Source: Podarcis cretensis (taxonomy: Eukaryota). From it: a stretch of DNA of 64,000 nucleotides. The notes below the pieces were generated by a model. That model saw nothing but the letters and a program-made list of their open reading frames with translations, was not told the DNA's origin and searched no databases. The position numbers were made by a program, and so were the translations under genes. The stretch's first letter is position 1; every line of letters begins with the position of its first letter. The DNA is taken from contig OX638150.1 in NCBI GenBank assembly GCA_951804945.1, positions 44,020,001 through 44,084,000 on the forward strand. The letters run 5' to 3'. Shown one piece after another: positions 26,558 to 39,540 of this stretch.

Positions 26558-29500
26558 TCATCAAAGGTCTGGGCGTGTTTTGTCGGGGAAGTGAAGCACC
26601 TTGGGTAGAGAATGCTGGCGCAGGTGAGGGAACAGAGGAGATATTGGAAGTGTGAAAAGTTGGACTCGAGATCCAGGTGGAAGAACAGCACGTGCAAGTT
26701 GAGAACGGCACTGGGCTGCGTGTAGAAGAAAGTGGTGTTTAAATTGGATGTCAAGTTAATGTGCGGAATGTACTGGGAAGTACAGAAGGTGTGGGAAAGA
26801 GATAAATAGAAAGGGTTAGTAGAAGCAGTCCAATGGGAGCCGTTTTATTGTCTTGTCCTAAAAGCTGGGTGTGCCCTCCTTTTGGCTCTACAACCTGTTC
26901 TTCCATTGGACTTCTATGAAATGTACTTTAGCAAATGAAGTATACTAGTTGGCAGAGAACTGGTGATACATAGTATGACAACTGGCGCTGGTACCTTTCC
27001 AAAGTGGCTGATATCTAAAAGTGGAACTAGGAGTGGATCTACCTTCTGGCTTGACCTAAAAACCATGGTTTAGCTTTAGAGCACAGAGCCTCTCAAAACT
27101 TTTTTATTAGCCATTGCCAGCATGAATTGGTTAGACGTGCACCACAGCCCTAATCTTTAGTGGCTGGCTAGGCCCTGGAAATCTTAAATCAAGAAGCATT
27201 GGTTGGAAGAAGATAGTTGAGAGTACAAGAATGTTATTAGAGCACTGGGTTTTCTAGTGCTAATGGAAAGCAGGTGCCCCTAATGATGGGATTGGCTTTG
27301 CAACGATGAGATTTTTCTCTTTAAAGATGGCTTTTGGGTTTTGTTTCTTCTTGGTGTTTAAGAATTTGTAGGTATCTGCTTTGCTGCTCCTAAAAGCTTT
27401 ATTCCGTTTGAGATTCCAAGTGATGGAACTGTCAGGTCCTATGAATAAGTGCCTCCTGTAATGTAACTCCTGAAAAGCTATTTTGTCCGTTGATTTTTTT
27501 AGTGGATATTTATTGAACATTTGTGTTGTATCTTGTGAACTTGGAATTTAAGAAAAGAGCCCTTAAAAAAAAAAAGTTGCTTAAAATAAGTAACTTCAGC
27601 CTTGCGCTGTTTTAACTTTCCATCTGGAAGCTTGTTCCAGCCATTAAATAAATATATAAATCTTTTGGCTCTCCTTTCTCTAGTGCCTCAAGACGTCAAG
27701 GTTTAGAAGTGCTCCTCCCACAAAGTTGTGAAATAAATTTGCCTACATGTTTGGAAATGTGACGTATGAGATTTTTCCTGCACATTTCATCATATGTACA
27801 GCAGAGCAGTAGCTAGAAGAGATACCAAGAGATTTCTCCAGGTGTCTGAGTTTGTGTTCTTGTCTTAGCAAGGCATAAGATACCAGCAAGGGTCTTCAAG
27901 GGAATTAGACTGTTTGCATGCAAGTACTTCAGTACATAGTGAAGTATGTACTTGAGTATTTATAAAATGACTATTAGATGAAACACAGTACAATGACTTG
28001 GTAAAGTCCCAGAACTAAATCAGATTTTTTTTGTTATAAAAAAAATAGAAGTTGTGCAAATGTCAATTAAGGTTAAAATTCAAAATTGAAAATATTTTTC
28101 ATGAACTGAAAATTTATCCTGATGGAGAACATGGCCGAAGTGTTTATAAAACATAATATTTACACAGGTTCAGAATTATTAGATTGTTGTTCAGCATTTG
28201 AAGCGGAAAGCTTCTGGGTTCACTTTAAAAAATTGCACATTTGTCCCTTTCAAGAAATGAGTTTGGATACAGTATTCTATTTCCCTTTGGACTTGAAGCT
28301 CTCAGACACGGCAGACCACCCAAAAACAATTGACCTCTTGAAGAGCCTGGTTCATCTTCCCTTTACTTCAAGAGAAAGCAAGAATAACCTCTTATCAGGA
28401 GATTGCCTAACTCTCAAATGTGGAAGGGTGTTTTCCATTCTCAAAAGAAGGTTATAATTTAGCTTGCCATGGTGGGGGGAGCATACAGGGGTGGGATAGG
28501 TTTGGGAAACGTTAAAGGTTTTTTCAAACGTTCAAAAACACGGGATGTCTTTTCAAGAAAAATTGAGGAAAAAAATGCAGTTTTATTGCATTTTTTAAAT
28601 TATTTTTTTAATGTATTAATTTAGAACAAATCTTTGTTAATGTTATTTTTAATCTGGATGGCTAAATGTTTACAATCGCCTGCCTGACATCTGCTCTTAA
28701 AGTGTGTGGGGATATTGGGGTGGGTGGGGCACAGGTGTGCAGCGTGTGGTGCATGCAATTCAAATGGGGGATTTTAAAACAAACAAAACTGTAAAAAAAA
28801 AAAATCATGCCAAAGGTAAGGCAGAGACTAGCTGGGTAGATGGTTATATTCTAGACATTAGCATTTCACTATATTCTCTATATACCATATATTATAAATT
28901 TGCATGTTAAAGTAAATAGAAGTAACTTCTATCTTATACAGAAAGGGACTTTAACTTTGGATTACTTGTAAATTTGGTCACTTGTCTTGATTCAGGACTG
29001 CCTGAACACCTTAAGCTTTAGGGGCTGCTTGATTTTGTTTTTGTATTTTGTTTTTTGTAGCCACCAAACTTTTGCTTTGCTGCCTTTTCATTAAAAAGGG
29101 CATGATCCAAAGTTTCATAGAGGGGTTTGAGAGCAGAGCTACTGAGTGGTGGCAGCCAAATTGACTTGAGTTGCAGCCACCATAGAACTAGTAGCCAATT
29201 TGCTGTATCTTCTCCAATGCTGTATCTTCCTTTGCTGACCTGTTATACTGAAATCGGCGTCATGGAAACACCTGGAAGCTTTGTATCATGGACATCCACC
29301 AGGACAATGCTGTACTCATGTGAGCAGTCAGAAGGTTTCAGACGGCCAGCAGTTTAGCTTTGCTTGCTCAACCAACCTCCCTCATGTTAGTTCCAAGTAT
29401 TCAAAGCTACACTTTTGTGCACATTTATTTATTGCCCACAGGGAACTGTGTGTGTGTGTGTTTAATTTATTTTTTAAAACTTCCCTTTCTTTGACTTCTT

Positions 29501-32500
29501 ATGGAGGGTGTATTTTTCATTTATAGTATTTGGTGAGTAGACTGTTTTCTCAAAGTGGAGGAATGGAGCATCACAAACAGATTTAATTTCAGGTTGCAGA
29601 CCACAGTCCAAATTAATTCCAGTGCTTGATTCTTCTCTAAGGGACTTGAAATGCTCGGGCTGTGGTTGGGCACGCGAAGTCTTGGAATCATGTAACTTTA
29701 AAATTCCCAGGATTCAATATCATAAGGCTAAGAGTCGGTGAAGTTGCTCATAGGTAATATTGGAAGAAGGACTGAGGCTGGAAATCAAGAGAATCATGAT
29801 TATGCAGATTGACCAAACTCTGTGTTGAAGAATTCATGAAATTTGCTTTAAAATGATAATGATAATTAAGCTGATAAGTTGAATATTTATGCTTGCCTGC
29901 TGGCTTCGGAATTTTAATTTAGAACAAATGCTAGTCAGTTACCTTTTAAGAATTTTTTTTTCTAATGTAGATCAAGCTGTTCTAGGTTATTTTCCAAACA
30001 CCTGATTCACAAGAGTTGCAGTCAAAAACATGAGAATTTATAGCCCTGTAAAATAGGAAGATTGACCAGGAGATGAGTTGGAGAACTTGCAGACACCCTG
30101 CCAATATTGAGTTTTATTCCCAAGTAGAGAGAAAATACTGTTCCTCTGTAGCTGTAGTGGATTTTGCCCAAATACAAGAACACAATATTTCAGAATGGTA
30201 GCACAGGAATTGGCATGCGACATGAACTGATGGGGTGTGCCTGTAGGTAGAGGAAGGGGACTTAGGAGAGACAGTTCACATTACTTGTTTCTGTCACATC
30301 CTAGTTTTAGAGATGGTTTGTACACTCACACAGTGAAGTTTGGAGAAATGGTTATCTCTGAGAACTTTGGGATCAGGTCTGGAGAGAAGTCCTGTTTTGT
30401 TTATCCTGCTTAAGGGGAGCTTCTTAGAAACAACAAAATTGTCACCATATATATATACTTACCTGTAGAGTGGTTCTTAATTTTTTTAAAAAAAATAATT
30501 TGGCTCTAGTTTCACATTGGTGCTGTAAACCAAACCATTTTAAAAAGAAAGTAATGCTCTATATACCAAAGTATTTCAGCTATTTGTTTGGAAGTTTGTA
30601 GAGTTTTTACATCTCCTTCCTATCCCCACAGCAGGCCATTTTATTAGTAGCTCTCCTTACTTACTTCCAGTTTAATGTCTGGTTAATGGATCCTCTTTAT
30701 CTTGTTGGAGGGTTTTTTCCCACCAGCACCAGCAGTTGTTCCCAGAGCCATTTGTCACAGGCAAGAAAAAGTTTAATGTGGCTTAGTATGCTAGATGTTA
30801 TAATGACGTTCAGAAAGCATGGAAATGGCTTATCCCAGGGATAAACATGTTGAGTAAATTCCAATAAAGTAAGTACTGGAGTTTGTCTCAGAAGAGGAAT
30901 GTTCTGATTTATGATTTAAATTTAAATGATTTCAGGCTTAGAGTGCCCTAGGCCCTCTGGCCAGTTTTGGGGGTGAGTGGACAATTTGCTGAGCTCATTG
31001 CTTTCCCTACATGCTGAGAAATCCCTTTTTAAAATATCAGTTGTACCTTGGATTTTAAAAGATAATAAGAGAATAGTATCTCCCTGGGGTGTCTTCAAGA
31101 GTCTTTGTGAAACACTCCTTTCTGTGCCCTATGGGACCCATCCTTGTAGGTTCAGTCCAGCAACATAGGACAGTTCAGTGTCACTTATTTCCAGTTATGG
31201 TTTGCTAGTCACCTCTCAGTGCGATTTCACTGTCCTAAATTTCACTGCCCACTACTTGGCATGCACCAAATTTTAGAGCAGAGACTTTCCTTTTCCTAGT
31301 CAGCACCCCACCTCCCTGTCAGCAGTCCAAACAGCTTGTCAGAAGTAGTTGCCTGCCTCCAAGCAGTGAGGCCAGTCTGATCCATTTTAGTGGAACTTTT
31401 GGATTTAGAAACATACCTACAATAGTATAAGGTAAATGACATTCTTGCTTACTTTTGAAAAGCTTTTTTTTTTACTCTGTTTGTAAAAACCCTCATAGAA
31501 GCTTAAAAATAAAACTCTCTTTCCCTAAATGTCTGTTTCTTTCCATTTCATGCACAATTTTAAAGCAGCTTCCTTCCCCAGAATGAATTTCTAAGTCATG
31601 AATCATTTTGTACTTGCAATCAACAAGAAGGGCATCCCGGCAACCTTAAGGGAGATGACTCCATCATGGTTTAAAATGGGTGGAGAACCTGAGGCTAAGG
31701 GGAGAACCTGAGGCTAAGGGGAGTCTCCAGGTCTCCCTCTTTGGCCTTCGGGACTCTCCCCAGTCCACACACACTCCGGCCCAGCTTCTCATCCTCCTCT
31801 ACTAGTTTTTGACTGTCTGAAATGTGTCCTTGAATTCTTATAGCCCCTCTTGCATGAATGAAGGACAGAGAGGAGCTGCATATATATGTGGAAGCTAGCC
31901 TACTGTCCAAAGGTAAAGTTCACATTTGTTGTTCCACCCACATTTTGCCTCTGCCCATTGTCTCTGCTGCCCATCCCCAAAGGTCGCCCAGGAGGGAATG
32001 ATGTGACCCACAAGCTAATAAAGGCTTCCCACTCCTGATCTAAAAGACTGATATTTCACAGGTAGGAAGTGCTGAGTTATCTGACAAACTTGAAGCTTGG
32101 AATAAGTAAGTATTATTATTAATTAATAAAATTTCTATACTGTCCTTCACCCAAAGATCACAGGGCAGTTTACAATATGAAAACACAAAATGTGTAACTT
32201 TGTAACAAGCAGAAGAGAGTAGCAAATGGTGAATGCATTAATTTGAGCAATATCTGTTTTGTCTTTCAAAGAAGAAGGGAAACATAATTTGAAGATGGAG
32301 GGAAAATCATATTTGGTCTTTGGGCTGTACAGAGGCCTCCAAGCAGTTTACAATTAAAACTAACGTAGCAGTTTCTGGGTGCAACATTAAATCATGCAAA
32401 TGGACTATTGGAATGTAATGTGCTGAATACATTTGCCACATGACATCTGTCATAAACTTGGGAAACGGTGACCTGTTGGCCTGTTCCCTGCATTTGTTTA

Positions 32501-33179
32501 ACATGTAGAGTAAAAATGCTAAAATTGTCATAGAGGTGAGACTCAACTTACATGGGGGTTATGTTCTGGGGATGGTGCGTAAAGCCAAAATCATGGATAG
32601 TCAATTTGCCTTATGTTGAGACAGCTGAAAATTGCTGAGGCAAACAGTGATGCAGCAGCAGAACCACTCACAAAATGGAAGCAGAGTTTGATAATTACTG
32701 GTGATGGTTTTTACTGATACCTAATCCATGTTAGAAAATTGACTAAATTCTTTGCTGAAGCATTTTTTGTGTGACTAGGAGCTCATCTTTCCTCAAGTTC
32801 AGTACATTTGCTCTGGAGGTTTTGTGACTCAGCCTGCCCATTTTAGGCAGAATTTGCTGAATCAGAATCAAAATGCAGAAAGCTTATTATTTTATGTCTT
32901 CCCCTCCCCACCTCCACATTCTTCTCAAAGTATTTTTACCCATCTCCTATAATTTCTTCCCCCATCATCCTTCAGCTTTCTTTTCAAACCAGCCAGTTAT
33001 TTCATTTCTCCTATCTGGGCCTTTTACAGTTGCTACGTCTTCCTATCACAGCCTTCCTCTCTTATCCTTTTTCTTTTCTGTTCTTGACTTGGAGTCAAAT
33101 CCCTGCTCAGCTGTGAAGCTCACTTAGAACACTTTCAAGAAGGATTGGTTTCTCAGCTTTACCTACTGCACCGGGTGCT

Positions 33180-33645
33180 AGAATCAAAGAGCTGGAAGAG
33201 CATCAAAGTGCATTTAGTGCTGATGAAGGGAACCCACAACAGCAGCATCTGAGATAGCGTAAAAACTGCTTTAAATTCTGTAATGGATGAGAGTCCACCT
33301 TCTGAGGCAGTCCACTGTCAAAACAGTTCAGGACATTCTTCCTAATGTTTGTAATTTAAACCCATTGTTTTGGGTCACACCCTCTGGAGCAACAAACCTG
33401 CTCCATCTATGTGGCAACCTGTCAAATACGTAATGTCCACTCTGCCCCACACAGCTAAACCAGCTCCTTCAACCTTCCCTCATCAGCCTTGGTCTCAGGC
33501 TCACTCATCATCTTTATTGCCCTCTTTCTTAAATTGTAGCGCCCTGTTCCTCAGGTGAACTGACCAAAGCATTCTAGAATAGTGCCATTACTCCTGAATG
33601 GGACACCGAAACTCCTGTTGATGCAGCCTAGGGTTGCATTATTAC
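33180..33645 (-). mobile_element. Degenerate CR1 LINE fragment
   Basis: tagaatcaaagagctggaag start; ttcttcctaatgttt, cccattgtt and gatgcagcctag motifs typical of reverse-strand CR1 3' regions. Confidence 0.45.
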
Positions 33646-34958
33646 TTTCAGATAAGCCTCAAGGCAGTTTGCAGTCATACAGTAAAAACAAAATAGATTT
33701 TAAAACAACATCCCCCCAGGTTTAAAAAAAATACAAATAAACCTCCAATGTACAGATCCATTTGCTTGTCGTTTTTTTCTTCAAAAAAGAGAATCTCAAC
33801 CCATTTGGAAACGCTTGTCTTTTTAGCCACTGCATTGAACTCTGACTCCAGTTTAGCTTGTGGTTTGCTAAAACCCTTGTTTGTTTTCCCATTTAGACTA
33901 AAATTCCTCTCTGGGCTCTTTGAAGACTGTTTTAACATAAATGCAGTACTGTATGTTAAAACGTTTACAATTTGTGGCGAGGCTAATGTATCTGATTTAG
34001 TAACAGTCTGAACCACATATTATTGAAGACAACACAAGCTGCCCTACTGAGCCAGATCATCCGTTTATTAGGATCTGATTCTTGTAGGCAGAAGGATGCT
34101 AGGCTGAATGGACTCAGGACAGGAAGACCTTGATCACATGATACAGATTCAATTATGCTAGCAAAAGCCAGTGCAAGGACTTGTCACTAGTACAACAGGG
34201 CTTTGCCCCACTCCTCTAGAACCTCCAGAACAGCAGGCAGGAGGAGGAGAGGAGACTGTTCCATTGCGCAAGCAGAACTCCTTACTCTGGATTGTGTGCC
34301 ACATGGCGCGCTCTCTCCTTCCTAACATGAGCTCTCTTGTTCACACTTCCAGCTAGCCAGTCAGCTTTGCCCTCCCTCCAGGATATGCCTTTCTTTGCTC
34401 CTCGCATATATTTCACATTTTTCATTTCCATCTGACAACAAGGGAGCACGCTTTGTCCTCACTGAGCTAAGTACTGATGGGGAAGAGGGGATCCCCTTTA
34501 GATTTTATATGTAAAGGATATTTTTGTACATCTGCAGATTTCAGCCGAGCACGCTCAACCTCCCTCTTGTTTCTTGGTCACTCTGCTTTGGTTCCCACCA
34601 TCTTGGATTCGTTATTCAGGACACAGATGTTAAGAATAAGAGCTTTAAATAAGTACCTGGGCTTTGAACACACCTGCTTCCGTGCACTTCCATGTGAGCA
34701 GTTCAGATGGTCCCATTCTCAAGTTTGCTTTTGAAAAATAACCTTGGAGCGCAGCTCCGTTTAGCCCATAACTTTGCAAAGGTACAAAGGTCCAGTTAAC
34801 ATGTTGCACTCCACCATTTACAATCAAAGATAATATAGTAGTAATTTGTTACACCTTCACAATACTTTTAAGACCCAGAGCCTTGTGTTCTTAGCATGTT
34901 AGTTATATGACATATATATCTTGGGAACTCTAGTTTATTCCTCGGTATTACAATACCC

Positions 34959-35322
34959 GGGGACGCAGGTGGCGCTGTGGGTTAAAGCCTCAGCGCCTAG
35001 GGCTTGCCGATCGAAAGGTCGGCGGTTTGAATCCCTGCGGCGGGGTGTGCTCCCGCTGCTCGGTCCCAGCGCCTGCCAACCTAGCAGTTCGAAAGCACCT
35101 CCGGGTGCAAGTAGATAAATAGGGACCGCTTACCAGCGGGAAGGTAAACGGCGTTTCCGTGTGCGGCTCTGGCTCGCCAGAGCAGCGATGTCACGCTGGC
35201 CACGTGACCCGGAAGTGTCTCCGGACATCGCTGGCCCCTGGCCTCTTAAGTGAGATGGGCGCACAACCCCAGAGTCTGTCAAGACTGGCCCGTACGGGCA
35301 GGGGTACCTTTACCTTTACCTT
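34959..35322 (+). mobile_element. Sauria SINE, full length and young, with 13-bp TSD TATTACAATACCC
   Basis: tRNA-like head with A/B boxes, (ACCTTT)n tail, TSD at 34946-34958 and 35323-35335, CpGs retained. Confidence 0.92.
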
Positions 35323-36327
35323 TATTACAATACCCAGTTCCCTTAAACTGCAGTTCCTAAGATTATTTGGGGGAAGAGTTATGTGCTTTAAATGTATGCT
35401 GTGTATGCCACCCTGTATGAGACGCCACAAAACTTCCTCTGTTCCACTACCACTGTATTGTCCAGCAATTTAGGTCAACTCTCTGCTTTCTGTCTGACTT
35501 AATATTTTCTCCTTCCCTTCCCTCCTTCCCTTCCATGTATGCAAATGAAAAGGCAAAGGCCAATGTAGCCCCACCCATCCGCGGACCCAGAAGTGTATCA
35601 GGCATTGGCAAGGAGGGACTGACAACTGTTTTTGCAAGAAAGGAAGGAATAGAGAGACTCCATGGCCAATTTGGGGGTGGGGGTGGGGGGAGGGAAGAGA
35701 GGCTATGAACCTCAATAATAAAAAGCAGGGCTGGCTTGACGTTTAATCTTCCATAATTAAACACCTCTGCAGTAGAGAACTCTGCTCACTCAGACATACT
35801 TTCCAGAAATGACTATGCCACATTCTTATGTACGAGTAGTAAACAAAGTTTATAAGAGAGAGAGAAATTCCATGGATGAGATAGAGGGGGAGGGAGTGAA
35901 ACAAATCATAACATGGGATTTCTAGTCTAATATAAAATGATTGTATGCAAACTAACCAGTTTTGGGTTACTGAGTTTTCAAAGGCAAGGAAGTTCCTGTG
36001 AAATTCTTTTCTCTAAAGGTGTTGAATTTATTATTAATCAAATTTATATACCGGTACTGCCCTAAACCCGCAGGTCTCAGGGAGTAATCCATACCGTGAT
36101 TCCCCCAAGAACAGACATGGCCAGTAAAAAGTTAATAGGAGTTTTGACCCCCTTTGAAGTGGCAGGGATCAGGTGAGCCCCTGTGGGAGCACCCTCGGGC
36201 CAGTCTTGAAAAGCCATGAGGCTACTTAACTTTGGGTGTCTGAGGAGTCTGCAACACTTACTGTAGGTTCTCATCTGGAAAATGTTTTATGTTCTATATT
36301 CAGTTGTAGGATGATGGGGATGATGAT

Positions 36328-36810
36328 AATTATTATTATTATTTATATCCCGCCATAACCAGGCTAAGGGCGGCTAACATCAAAATATAAATACATTAAA
36401 ACATAAAATTCAGCAATTGACTGAAATACAGCTTAAAATCGGATTAAAATCAAATAAGATCAGAAGGCAACCGGCAAATTATGACTATAGGGGTTGGGAA
36501 CCTTAGGTACACACCAGGTTCAGCTATTTATATGAACCGGTGAGAGGAATTAGAGAGACCTATTATATGTAGGGTCTTGTAGGAGGAGAGGGGTCAGACT
36601 GGGCCCTGACAAAAGGCCTGGCAGAACAGCTCTGTCTTACAGGCCCTGTGGAGAGATGTCAAGTCTTTCGCGGCAGGGTGTTCCACCAGGCTGGGGCCAG
36701 GGCCGAAAAGGCCCTGGCTCTGGTTCGAGGCCAGCCTAACCTCCTTGAGGCCCGGGTCCTCCCAAGATGTTATTGTTTGCAGACTCTAGGGTCCTCCGTA
36801 GGGCATACCA
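36328..36810 (-). mobile_element. L2-type LINE 3' fragment
   Basis: (TTA)n tail then tatatcccgcc; ttccacc..gaaaaggccct segment parallels the element at 52276-53210. Confidence 0.5.
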
Positions 36811-37083
36811 GGTACTCCTGTTGGAAATCTAGTGAATCTAGTTACAACCACTTGTGCAATCCCTTATCCAGACTTTCTCCAACCCAGTCTTAATGGTAAC
36901 CAAGCACTGCCCAGTGGTCTTCCATGCACCTTATGCAATGGACAGCATGCAACGTATAGTCCACAGCATGCTTATGCTACCCTTACATTGATTGCTTTTG
37001 CTACGACAGACTTCCGCAGCTGCTCTGTTCAGGAGGTGTAGGATGGGGCAGTGCATTCTGAGGCCTGCTGCTGCCTTTGTCTG

Positions 37084-37400
37084 TGGCCTTGGATGAATCA
37101 CCTGGGTTACGTTTATCCCTCCCTGCGTCAGGCTTGTTCGTTTTTTTCCAGAAGGCCTTGGAGTCTGCCAGAGCATCCTGGGAAAGATGAACATCTTGTA
37201 AACAGGCAGCCTGTGGCCTTGGAGCCGCGTGCAGCCCTCTCTGCCTAATTTCTACCCAGGTGCTTGACAGGCAGGTAGAAAGAGAGGCCTGCTCCTCCTG
37301 CTTTTTGGGTTCTGTCCTGTCCAGGATCTGACAGGATCTCTTGCAAAGGAGTAGCGGCACTTGACAGGCAATGATACCTTCCCTGCCTGCTGGTATAAAA
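37084..37400 (+). promoter_or_regulatory. Putative TGFBR3L promoter: TATAAAA (37394-37400) with SF-1/NR5A1 elements TGGCCTTGG (37084-37092, 37214-37222) and AGGCCTTGG (37153-37161)
   Basis: Motifs read directly. A locally GC/CpG-richer region follows, with a strong donor CG|GTGAGT at 37800|37801. Confidence 0.6.
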
Positions 37401-37424
37401 GGGCGAGTTACCTCAGGCCTCCTT

Positions 37425-37800
37425 GTCGCGACTGGAACTCCTCTGCTTCCCTGTTGCCTCTTCTCTGTCCCCTGGTTAGTGATCCGTTAAAGCCAGGACA
37501 GATACCCAGAACGTCTCCTTCCTGGCCCTACCTCACTGGGGTGGTAGGCAGGTCACGCTGACCCAGATTTCAGCACAGCATACCTGCCGGTGCCTCTCAG
37601 GAAGTCTCCTCCTCTGCCTGCGTTAATCATAAATCCACCCCAATCTCCTTGGTAACCCAAGCGGGGGCTTGCCTTGTGTTTCTCACTCTGTGGGACATCC
37701 TTCGGGGTGAAGGTCGCTTGCTTGATGGCTCCCTGCTTGAGGGGGGGGGGAGCCATCTCCCCGCTACGGGGAGGGGGGTGATGAACCTGCCACTCGCACG
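37425..37800 (+). other. TGFBR3L: Probable 5'UTR first exon of the TGFBR3L-like gene (TSS approximate); a second UTR exon is possible at 38233-38266
   Basis: Begins ~25-30 nt after the TATA; consensus donors at 37801 (GTGAGT) and 38267 (GTAAGT); acceptor before 39409. Confidence 0.45.
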
Positions 37801-39455
37801 GTGAGTTCCTGGGATCTGACAAGGGAGGAGAGACAGACAGACACACACACACACACACAAAGAGAGGGAAAGGGAGCGGATGCTTCTTCTTGTAAGTCTC
37901 TGCTTTCTTAATACCTTTCCTCCACTGCTGAATTCCCTTAGAAATAAACAGCTTGCCACATAAACCATGCCCTCCTCCCCTCTCACTTGTAACTTGACCC
38001 TCCTTGTGGGCTTAGAGTTATTTTTAACCTCCCATTGACCCGCATAACTTTTTTATTATTGTTGTTCATTAAACTATGCCAGTCTGGAGATAGGAGGCCT
38101 TGAATTGGCTCACGGTTTCTGCATCCCCTGGATTAAGCGCTGCGAGTCCTCCCACTTGCTTCCTGTCCTTCAGTTCAGGTAGAACTTTGTCCCACCTCCT
38201 CCTCCTCTATTTTTCTCCTAACCTGCATCTAGATCCACTGGCAGTGGGAGAGCTCTGCTGGGCAAGGTAAGTGTTCCTCTGGCATTCCCTCTCCACGTTC
38301 GGGAGCTTGGCTTGCTGGGAGGTGGAACATGTCCTGGAAACTTTTAATTACAGCCAGTCTAATCCTGTAACACTGAATCTTGCTGTCTCAATGCATCCTT
38401 CTTTTAAAACAGAGCCATAAAGGTGGGAGGGAAGTCTTTGTGGGAAACTTGAGACAGGAGGGAAGAACGCCTTTTTGACTGACAGAAGTTGGGACCAGAA
38501 GGTGAGGGAGAGTAAGTTGCCTTCAGAGAAAGATTGCAGATCGAGTCTATAGAACTGAGAAGCAAGTGTTGGGCAAAATCCTTCTGGCTAGAGACAGATC
38601 ATCACAGTGGATAATACTGAGCAAAGTGGACCGATGATCTGGATTAGGCTCACACATCTTCCCATTTTCAAGGAGTAGAAGCCATTAGATAGTAAACAAT
38701 TTGGAAGCAGGGTAAGCTCTGGGGTCCCCAATGTCTCACTCATGACCATCATAGTGCCCTCCTCTTGGTGCCAGTCAAGATCCCCTGACCCCATTTTTTT
38801 TTAAGAAATTGAGGCTTTTTGTGATGAGGAGGGGGGGTTTGCGGGGGAGACATTGCCTGCTTTTTGTGTCACATTTATTTCTTTTGAGTGGGTAGGTGTT
38901 TAGTCTGGTTTCTGGGGATGAGGGAGGGGTGTCTGAGCATCACCCATTTTTCTTCAGTGAAATGGGTATTCTTAGATTTCTGACTGTTTGCTCAGATTGA
39001 AAAGGTTGGAGACCCTGGCTATATGCTATACCCTTTCACTTTGTGGTGTTAATCGGAAGGGTGGCCACCACCTTCCCCTCTGCTTACAATTGCAGAAGCA
39101 CCCACTGCACCAAAATGAAGTCCTTCCACCACCCCATCCTGCTATGATTGCGCATATGACAGGATAGTTGAAGGAATGTATAATCCGTATTAAGGGAGAC
39201 TGAGTATGGTCTGTATGCTTGTTTCTGTAGCAGATAGATCAGGAACGGAGAGAGGAAATGTTGAAGTTCTGTCCCAAAATCCGAACCACAAATTGACTGG
39301 TATGAGGTCTTGAGGGCTGGAAAGTGTTTCCAAGTAGCTCAGAGGTCGTGCGACGGCATTCCCTTCAACTCCTGTGCTTTCTTGCCCTGGCTTTGCTTTC
39401 TTTCCTAGGGTGGAACAAGAGGGAAATCACAGCTTTTCTTTGGGTTCTGAACACC

Positions 39456-39540
39456 ATGCATAGAAACTGCCTGCATATTGATCACCTATGGAGACAGTAC
39501 CTCCTCCTGCTGTTTGTCGTCTGGGGGTGCTCTGGGACAG
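39456..39540 (+). CDS. TGFBR3L: TGFBR3L-like signal peptide exon (MHRNCLHIDHLWRQYLLLLFVVWGCSGT)
   Basis: ACCATG start context, hydrophobic core, small residues at the cleavage site, phase-1 donor G|GTAAAG. Confidence 0.75.

Noticed and set aside
26452-26754. 100-aa minus-strand ORF as an antisense gene
   Set aside because: No recognisable motifs and a non-ATG start; the region is better explained by the plus-strand MAP2K7 alternative exon or UTR.
31682-31722. 21-bp tandem duplication (ggagaacctgaggctaagggg x2)
   Set aside because: An ordinary slippage duplication with no further evidence of function.
34959-35040. tRNA gene (A box and GGTTTGAATCC B box)
   Set aside because: It is the tRNA-derived head of a Sauria SINE, with SINE body, tail and TSD; the same applies at 39907, 40803, 41697 and 63925.
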